IMG/VR virus record: IMGVR_UViG_2579779084_000006
Reading direction: 5' to 3' (one strand)
DNA from: a virus
Taxonomy: Duplodnaviria > Heunggongvirae > Uroviricota > Caudoviricetes
Length of the DNA: 21,560 nucleotides
Position 1 is the first letter of the stretch. Every line of letters begins with the position of its first letter. A program made the position numbers and the translations under genes. Shown piece after piece: positions 15,647 to 21,560 of the stretch. The notes below the pieces were generated by a model. The model did not search any database. It saw only the letters and a program-made list of their open reading frames with translations, and was not told the DNA's origin.

Positions 15647-15668
15647 TCCCACTCCGGTGGGATTTTTT
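15647..15668 (+). terminator. Intra-operon hairpin plus T-tract between tape measure and baseplate genes
   Basis: Stem TCCCAC (15647-15652) / GTGGGA (15657-15662) with TCCG loop, then TTTTTT (15663-15668). Lies inside the track ORF's upstream extension, which supports the downstream ATG at 15684 as the real start. Confidence 0.4.
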
Positions 15669-15683
15669 ATGTACGGAGTTTAT

Positions 15684-17012
15684 ATGACGTGGAAAGACAG
15701 GCTTCAGGATGCGTCATTTCGCGGCGTACCGTTTAAGGTTGAAGAAGAAAGTGCGGGAACCGGTCGCCGTGTGGAAACGCACGAATACCCGAACCGCGAC
15801 AAACCCTATACCGAAGATCTGGGAAAAGTCACTTTCCGCCCGTCCATCACGGCTTATGTGGTGGGAGATGACTGCTTTGACCAGCGCGATCGCCTGATTG
15901 ACGCGCTGAATAAACCCGGTCCCGGCACGCTTGTCCATCCGACATACGGTGAGCTGAAAGTCTGTGTTGACGGGGAGGTTCGGGTCAGCACATCGAAGAG
16001 TGAAGGGCGTATTGTCCGCTTTGACCTGAAGTTTGTCGAAGCGGGAGAACTCTCTTACCCCACATCAGGTGCGGCGACGGCGCAGACGCTGATGTCATCC
16101 TGTTCTGCACTGGATGACTGCATCAGTGACAGTTTCAGTGGTTTCAGTGTCGATGGCGTGGCAGATTTTGTACAGAACGACGTCGTCGGTAATGCCAGCA
16201 CAATGCTTGGGTATGTTTCTGATGCGATGAAAGTGGTGGATTCTGCCGTATCGGATGCTGCCAGGCTGTTGCAGGGGGATATCTCGGTACTTCTGCCGCC
16301 ACCATCGTCAGGCAAAAATTTCGTTGAGCAGGTGCAGAAAATGTGGCGTACCGGGAAACGCCTTTATGGTAACGCCAGCGACCTTGTCACCATGATCAAA
16401 ACGCTTTCCGGTGTCAGCCTCGGCAGCGATCTGCAACCGCGCGGCATCTGGAAAACGGACAGTAAAACCACCGCCACGGCGACGCAGCAGCGTAACGTGG
16501 TTGCCAGCACCCTTCGTACGACCGCAATCAGCGAAGCGGCGTATGCCGTCACCCGATTGCCTGCGCCAACAACTTCCGCGGTGATGCAGAATGCCACAGT
16601 GGGGCAGGCAACAACACCTGCGCAGAGCACTGGCTGGCCTTCCGTCACGCATCCGGCACTGAACAATGCACCGGCGGTGAAAAACACGGTTGACCTGCCA
16701 ACGTGGGAAGAACTGACCGACATTCGCGACACACTGAATACGGCAATTGATAAGGAGTTGTCCCGTACAACCAGTGATGCGTTGTTTCTGGCGCTGCGCC
16801 GGGTGAAAGCAGATCTGAATGCGGATATCAACACGCGCCTTGAACAGTCTGCACGGATCATTCAGCGCACACCGGATGAGGTTTTACCCGCGCTGGTGCT
16901 GGCGGCGACCTGGTTTGATAACGCGGCGCGTGACGAGGACATTATCCGGCGTAATGCCATTACGCATCCCGGCTTTGTGCCGGTGATCCCTCTGAAGGTG
17001 CCAGTGCAATGA
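15684..17012 (+). CDS. Mu N-like DNA circularisation / baseplate hub-associated protein, 443 aa
   Basis: ATG at 15684 with GGAG (15675-15678). N-terminus MTWKDRLQDASFRGVPFKVEEESAGTGRRVETHEYPNRDKPYTEDLGKVTF matches the conserved N-terminal domain of Mu gpN-type proteins as I recall it. Confidence 0.78.
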   Translation: MTWKDRLQDASFRGVPFKVEEESAGTGRRVETHEYPNRDKPYTEDLGKVTFRPSITAYVVGDDCFDQRDRLIDALNKPGPGTLVHPTYGELKVCVDGEVRVSTSKSEGRIVRFDLKFVEAGELSYPTSGAATAQTLMSSCSALDDCISDSFSGFSVDGVADFVQNDVVGNASTMLGYVSDAMKVVDSAVSDAARLLQGDISVLLPPPSSGKNFVEQVQKMWRTGKRLYGNASDLVTMIKTLSGVSLGSDLQPRGIWKTDSKTTATATQQRNVVASTLRTTAISEAAYAVTRLPAPTTSAVMQNATVGQATTPAQSTGWPSVTHPALNNAPAVKNTVDLPTWEELTDIRDTLNTAIDKELSRTTSDALFLALRRVKADLNADINTRLEQSARIIQRTPDEVLPALVLAATWFDNAARDEDIIRRNAITHPGFVPVIPLKVPVQ

Positions 17013-18088
17013 ACGACAATGTCACGCTACGGGTAAATGGCCGGGAGTGGAATGGCTGGACATCGGTGCGCATCGGTGCCGGTATTGAACGGCTGGCACG
17101 GGATTTCAGTGTGGAGATCACCCGCCAGTGGCCGGGGGGGGAGGGTATCACCACGCTTCAGCCGCGCATTAAAAACGGTTCAAAAGTGGAGGTGCTGATT
17201 GGTGATGAACTGGTGATCACCGGCTGGGTGGAGGCGACCCCCGTTCGTTACGATGCCCGTTCGGTCAGCACCGGTATTGCCGGACGTAGTCTGACTGCTG
17301 ACCTGATTGACTGTGCAGCCGAACCGACACAGTTTAACGGACGATCGCTGGTACAGATTGCGCAGGCGCTTGCTGCGCCCTTCGGCATTGAGGTGGTGAA
17401 CAGCGGTGCGCCGTCGGGTGTTATTCCTGACGTCCAGCCCGATCATGGTGAAACGGTGATTGAGGTAATCAACAAAATACTCGGTCAGCAGCAGGCACTG
17501 GCTTACGACGACCCGCACGGCAGGCTGGTGATTGGCGGTATTGGCTCAACGCGGGCGCATACTGCGCTGGTGCTAGGGGAAAACATCCTTTCCTGCGATA
17601 CGGAGAAGAGTATCCGGGAGCGGTTTTCTGTTTACCAGGTGGCGGGGCAGCGTGCCGGAAACGACGATGATTTCGGTGAGGCCACCACCACCGCGCTGAG
17701 GGCCCGCACAGAGGACGCATTTATTGCCCGTTACCGTCCGATGTATATCAGGCAGACAGGGCAGGCTACGGGGGCAGGTTGTATTGCCCGTGCTGACTTT
17801 GAAGCCCGACAACGGGCGGCGCGGACGGATGAAACCACCTATGTGGTGCAGGGCTGGCGACAGGGTAACGGTACGCTGTGGCAGCCCAACCAGCGGGTGA
17901 TTGTCTTTGATCCGGTCTGTGGTTTCGACAATACCGAACTGCTTGTCTCGGAAGTCACGTTTACTCAGGACCAGAACGGCACCCTGACGGAAATCCGTGT
18001 CGGCCCGCCTGATGCTTATCTGCCTGAACCCGAGGCTCCCGGCGCGCGGAAAAAGAAAAAAGCCAGAGTACAGGAGGACCCGTTCTGA
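17009..18088 (+). CDS. Mu P-like tail/baseplate protein, 359 aa
   Basis: ATGA overlap with the upstream gene. Size and position after the N-like gene match Mu gp44 (P). Contains a G8 homopolymer at 17144-17151. Confidence 0.75.
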   Translation: MNDNVTLRVNGREWNGWTSVRIGAGIERLARDFSVEITRQWPGGEGITTLQPRIKNGSKVEVLIGDELVITGWVEATPVRYDARSVSTGIAGRSLTADLIDCAAEPTQFNGRSLVQIAQALAAPFGIEVVNSGAPSGVIPDVQPDHGETVIEVINKILGQQQALAYDDPHGRLVIGGIGSTRAHTALVLGENILSCDTEKSIRERFSVYQVAGQRAGNDDDFGEATTTALRARTEDAFIARYRPMYIRQTGQATGAGCIARADFEARQRAARTDETTYVVQGWRQGNGTLWQPNQRVIVFDPVCGFDNTELLVSEVTFTQDQNGTLTEIRVGPPDAYLPEPEAPGARKKKKARVQEDPF

Positions 18089-18636
18089 TGAGGACGATTG
18101 AAGTCATGCAGCGACAACTCCTCGGCCTGATTGGTCGGGCCGTGGTGAAAAGCATCAGTGCCGCCACGAAATGTCAGACCGTGGATGTGTCCCTGATTGC
18201 AGGTGAACCCAAAGCCGGGGTTGAACATCTTGAACCCTACGGTTTTACCGCAAGCGCAAACAGCGGTGCGGAAGCGGTGGTGTTGTTTCCGGATGGCGAC
18301 CGTTCTCATGCGGTGGTTGTTACGGTGTCGGATCGGCGCTACCGCCTGAAAGGGCTGAAGACGGGTGAGGTGGCTGTCTATGACGATCAGGGGCAGTCCG
18401 TGACGCTGACCCGGGAGGGGATCGTGGTGGACGGTGCAGGTAAAACGATCACGTTTCGCAATGCACCTGAAGCACGTTTTGAAATGGACCTGGAAGTGAC
18501 AGGACAGGTGAAAGACCTGTGCGACTCCGGCGGCACCACCATGTCAGCGATGCGGCTTGCCTATAACGGGCATCGTCACAGAGAGAACGGTCAGGGCAGT
18601 AACACCGACAAACCTGATAAAGCGATGGAGGCATGA
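18088..18636 (+). CDS. Baseplate assembly protein V-like (spike / Mu gp45-like), 182 aa
   Basis: TGATG overlap. Size and order match Mu gp45 / P2 gpV-type baseplate spike proteins. Confidence 0.72.
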   Translation: MRTIEVMQRQLLGLIGRAVVKSISAATKCQTVDVSLIAGEPKAGVEHLEPYGFTASANSGAEAVVLFPDGDRSHAVVVTVSDRRYRLKGLKTGEVAVYDDQGQSVTLTREGIVVDGAGKTITFRNAPEARFEMDLEVTGQVKDLCDSGGTTMSAMRLAYNGHRHRENGQGSNTDKPDKAMEA

Positions 18637-19061
18637 TGGAACTGTGGCTGACGGTGAACGGCAAACGCACCAGTGCCAGCGCACCGCTGGATCCGCTGAC
18701 CCGCGCCGTGGTGATTTCCCTGTTCACCTGGCGGCGGGCGGAGCCTGATGACAACGCCGACGTCCCGATGGGATGGTGGGGGGATACCTGGCCTGCGGTA
18801 CAGAATGACCGTTACGGCTCCCGGCTGTGGCTGCTTCAGCGCAGCAAACTGACCAATCAGCTGGTGCAGACGGTAAGGGGGTATATCCGCGAATGCCTGC
18901 AATGGATGATTGATGACGGTGTGGTGTCCCGTATTGATCTGGATATCCGCCGCACCGGGATTAATGAACTGGGTAACAGTATCACTCTCTGGCGGCGTGA
19001 CGGACCGGTAATGATTTCTTTTGATAATCTGTGGAGTGCGATAACGCATGGCGGACAGTGA
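18633..19061 (+). CDS. Baseplate protein (Mu gp46 / GP46-family-like), 142 aa
   Basis: Overlapping start. About 140 aa between the spike and the J-like gene, as in Mu-type baseplates. Confidence 0.72.
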   Translation: MMELWLTVNGKRTSASAPLDPLTRAVVISLFTWRRAEPDDNADVPMGWWGDTWPAVQNDRYGSRLWLLQRSKLTNQLVQTVRGYIRECLQWMIDDGVVSRIDLDIRRTGINELGNSITLWRRDGPVMISFDNLWSAITHGGQ

Positions 19062-20130
19062 ATTTCAGCGCCCGACGCTGGCAGAAAATATCAGTATGCT
19101 CCGTAACGATTTATTCGCCAGGCTGGACGTCAGTGACCCACTCCGGCGCATGGATGAAGACGTGCGGGCAAAGGTGTATGCGGCGGCGCTGCATACGGTT
19201 TACGGTTACATCGATTATCTGGCAATGAACATACTGCCTGACCGGTGTGATGAATCCTGGCTGGCGCGACATGCTGCGATGAAACGGTGTCCGCGCAAGG
19301 GGGCCACGGCTGCCAGCGGGTATATGCGCTGGGAAGATGTCAGCGATGACCTGAAGGTGACCGCCGGGAGTGTTATTCAGCGCGATGACCTGGTTCAGTA
19401 CACGGCAACTGCCGATGCAACCAGCGCCGGTGGTGTCCTGCGCGTGCCGATCGCCTGCTCAACTGCAGGTGCGGTCGGTAATGCTGACGACGGTACGGCA
19501 TTAATCCTGGTCACGCCGGTGAATGGTCTGCCGTCGTCCGGTGTGGCTGATACCCTGACCGGCGGATTCGATACTGAAGATCTGGAAACGTGGCGCGCCC
19601 GCGTCATTGAGCGGTATTACTGGACGCCTCAGGGCGGGGCTGACGGGGATTATGTCGTCTGGGCTAAAGAAGTGCCTGGTATTACGCGCGCATGGACATA
19701 CCGTCACTGGAGAGGAATAGGAACGGTAGGGGTGATGGTGGCGACAAACGATCCGGAACATCCGGCTCCGGATGAAAGCGTCATTAATGCAGTCAGAGAG
19801 CACATTCTTCCTCTGACACCGGTTGCCGGAAGCGGATTGTATGTATTCGGTGCCACAGAAAAAGTCATCCCGATGACGATTGCATTATCGAAAGACACAC
19901 CGCAGATCAGGACTGCAATAAAAGCAGAGCTGAATGCACTGATGTTACGGGATGGTGTGCCAGAGGGGCGTATGTATCTGTCCAGAATCAGTGAGGCCAT
20001 CAGTTTGTCTGCTGGTGAAGTGGCCCACCGGTTAATCGTCCCTTCATCGGATATTGACCTGGGGGAGACCGAGCTTCCGGTGCTCGGCGAGATCACCTGG
20101 CAGGCTTATGACCCGGCAAGGAGTAAATAA
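19048..20130 (+). CDS. Baseplate J-like protein (Mu gp47-like), 360 aa
   Basis: 14-nt overlap with the upstream gene. Size and position typical of baseplate wedge J-family proteins. Confidence 0.82.
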   Translation: MADSEFQRPTLAENISMLRNDLFARLDVSDPLRRMDEDVRAKVYAAALHTVYGYIDYLAMNILPDRCDESWLARHAAMKRCPRKGATAASGYMRWEDVSDDLKVTAGSVIQRDDLVQYTATADATSAGGVLRVPIACSTAGAVGNADDGTALILVTPVNGLPSSGVADTLTGGFDTEDLETWRARVIERYYWTPQGGADGDYVVWAKEVPGITRAWTYRHWRGIGTVGVMVATNDPEHPAPDESVINAVREHILPLTPVAGSGLYVFGATEKVIPMTIALSKDTPQIRTAIKAELNALMLRDGVPEGRMYLSRISEAISLSAGEVAHRLIVPSSDIDLGETELPVLGEITWQAYDPARSK

Positions 20131-21089
20131 TGGATTCGTTACAGGATGATTATACAAAGCTGCTGTACGGACTGATGCCGCCGGGGCCTGCATGGAGCGA
20201 TACCGACGGCGTGCTTGATGGTCTGGCACCATCGCTTGTACGTGTTCATCAGCGGGCTGATGAACTGATGGCTGAAATCGATCCTGGTCAGTCAACAGAG
20301 CTGATTGAACGTTATGAAGAATTGTATGGTTTACCTGACACCTGCTCTCCTGTTGGAGCCCAGACATTACGCCAGCGTCAGCAACGGCTGGAAGCAAAAG
20401 CCAATGTGGCTGGTGGCATAAATGAGCAGTTCTTCCTGGAGCAGCTTGAGGCGCTGGGATATACCGGCGTGACGATCGAACAGTTCCAGCACCTGGATGC
20501 AAGCCCCGATCCGGAATGGGGTGATCGCTGGCGTTATTTCTGGCGTGTGACGTTGCCGGTGGATGCCGGTGCTCAGTGGCAGACATGTTCGGACACCTGT
20601 AACACACCGATCCGGACGTGGGGTGATACGGTTGCGGAGTGCGTGATTAATAAATTATGTCCGTCGCATACTGTTGTCCTTTTTGCATATCCGGATGAGT
20701 CTGGTGAAGGGCAACAAGCCGCCCTGACTATAAACAGCCTCTCCTTTCAGGCCGGACACAAGACGACTGAGCCATTAGCGATTAATCATACAGGTGTTCA
20801 TTTTGCGGTTGTTCCGGCACTGACAGGTAAGCCGCTGACAATTAACCGGATTAACTTTTATGCCGCCCGTCCGATGGCAGAACCACTGGTACTCAGCAGG
20901 GCGCAATTGCACTCAGGTCTGCCGACAACGGACCCCATGACCATGAACAGCGCACAGTTGCAGACGGGATACAGGACCCGCTCCCCCGTACCGGTTAACA
21001 GTATGCAGTTGCAGACAGCCAGCAGAACCCGTGAACCGTTATTGATTAATCACCCGGGACTGCATTTTGCTGTGGTCACGTCCGAATGA
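20130..21089 (+). CDS. Tail protein (Mu gp48 / YmfQ-like family) with repeat-containing C-terminal extension, 319 aa
   Basis: TAATG overlap with the J-like gene. N-terminus MDSLQDDYTKLLYGLMPPGPAWSDTDGVLDGLAPSL resembles gp48/YmfQ-type proteins that follow J in Mu-like clusters. The C-terminal 110 or so residues are degenerate repeats. Confidence 0.72.
   Translation: MDSLQDDYTKLLYGLMPPGPAWSDTDGVLDGLAPSLVRVHQRADELMAEIDPGQSTELIERYEELYGLPDTCSPVGAQTLRQRQQRLEAKANVAGGINEQFFLEQLEALGYTGVTIEQFQHLDASPDPEWGDRWRYFWRVTLPVDAGAQWQTCSDTCNTPIRTWGDTVAECVINKLCPSHTVVLFAYPDESGEGQQAALTINSLSFQAGHKTTEPLAINHTGVHFAVVPALTGKPLTINRINFYAARPMAEPLVLSRAQLHSGLPTTDPMTMNSAQLQTGYRTRSPVPVNSMQLQTASRTREPLLINHPGLHFAVVTSE
20769..21077 (+). 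repeat. Intragenic degenerate direct repeats in the 3' part of the gp48-like gene
   Basis: DNA units at about 20769-20813 and 21033-21077 are roughly 70 percent identical by eye, encoding EPLAINHTGVHFAVV and EPLLINHPGLHFAVV. A second motif pair, NSAQLQTGYRTR and NSMQLQTASRTR, lies at about 20944-21030. Confidence 0.5.
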
Positions 21090-21112
21090 CATAAAATAAA
21101 AGGAGAGCCGCT

Positions 21113-21560
21113 TTGAATATTATTAAACTCGAAAGTTTTCGACAAATTCCGGCGAATGAGGGATTGTGCGAGAACTATTATTCAACAAATATTATTTCAG
21201 CACTGAACGAAAACGGTGTCACGCTTATCAATGATATGTCCGGTTCTGTAACATCCGTCTGTCGTGGCACTCAGGCCGTAAATACTGTAGAAAGAACGGG
21301 GCTGATTTTTACGACACCCTCATATGTCACACTGTACAGCACACTTCCGGACTTAAAAGCCTCAGCTGTACAGCTGGGATTTCGTCTGACATTAAGTGCG
21401 GGAAAGAAATATTCATCTTCGCCATCCCACATCAGGATTAATGGCTATTCATTTACAACCCCGTATCCTGATGAAGCAGCCAGTTATTACTATGAAATTT
21501 TCGCAACGCGAAACGAAAACGGCTATGTCTCAGCCAGTCTGTACTGCAACCGCTCATTAG
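21113..21560 (+). CDS. Unknown protein, 5' portion (open to window end), at the expected tail-fibre position; AT-rich
   Basis: Frame open from TTG 21113 (AGGAG at 21101-21105, 7-nt spacing) to the window end; the first in-frame ATG is near 21233. Translation LNIIKLESFRQIPANEGLCENYYSTNIISALNENGVTLINDMSGSV... has no motif I recognise. Base composition is visibly more AT-rich than the rest of the window. Confidence 0.4.
   Translation, partial: MNIIKLESFRQIPANEGLCENYYSTNIISALNENGVTLINDMSGSVTSVCRGTQAVNTVERTGLIFTTPSYVTLYSTLPDLKASAVQLGFRLTLSAGKKYSSSPSHIRINGYSFTTPYPDEAASYYYEIFATRNENGYVSASLYCNRSL

Noticed and set aside
15642-15683. Upstream ATG start for the N-like gene
   Set aside because: The extension spans the terminator hairpin and T-tract (15647-15668) and lacks an SD. 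The ATG at 15684 has GGAG at correct spacing and begins at the conserved N-terminus.
16364-16861. Minus-strand 165-aa ORF within the N-like gene
   Set aside because: Antisense artefact. No independent support.
20044-20607. Minus-strand 187-aa ORF spanning the J-like/gp48-like junction
   Set aside because: Overlaps two translationally coupled plus-strand genes. His/Pro/Arg-rich.
1-21560. CRISPR array, IS element, integrase or att site
   Set aside because: No regularly spaced direct repeats with unique spacers, no terminal inverted repeats flanking a transposase-like ORF, and no tyrosine or serine recombinase ORF were seen. The window appears to be internal to the prophage.

Overview
The window reads as one co-oriented (+ strand) block from the late region of a temperate enterobacterial-type prophage with a mosaic virion module: an HK97-like packaging/head set joined to a Mu-like contractile tail and baseplate. 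In order: the 3' end of a DNA methyltransferase gene; three tRNA genes (Ile2-type CAT, an atypical Arg, Arg-TCT) and an intrinsic terminator; a cargo locus (TerB-family protein plus a small hydrophobic ORF); a lysis cassette (two overlapping membrane proteins, an M15 peptidase endolysin, a tiny TM peptide and a small lipoprotein); an acidic 99-aa protein; an HNH endonuclease and a GC-rich candidate cos region; terminase small and large subunits, portal, prohead protease, major capsid protein and connectors; then sheath, tube, a frameshifted chaperone, tape measure, baseplate proteins and the start of an AT-rich gene at the tail-fibre position. No integrase, att site, CRISPR array or IS element was found. 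The most likely places for something undescribed are the TerB cargo locus (619-1193), the small-ORF region after the endolysin (2437-2862), the acidic protein (3034-3333) and the AT-rich 3' gene (21113 onward). All calls rest on reading the six-frame translations, motifs, RBS spacing and synteny by eye; no database search was run.
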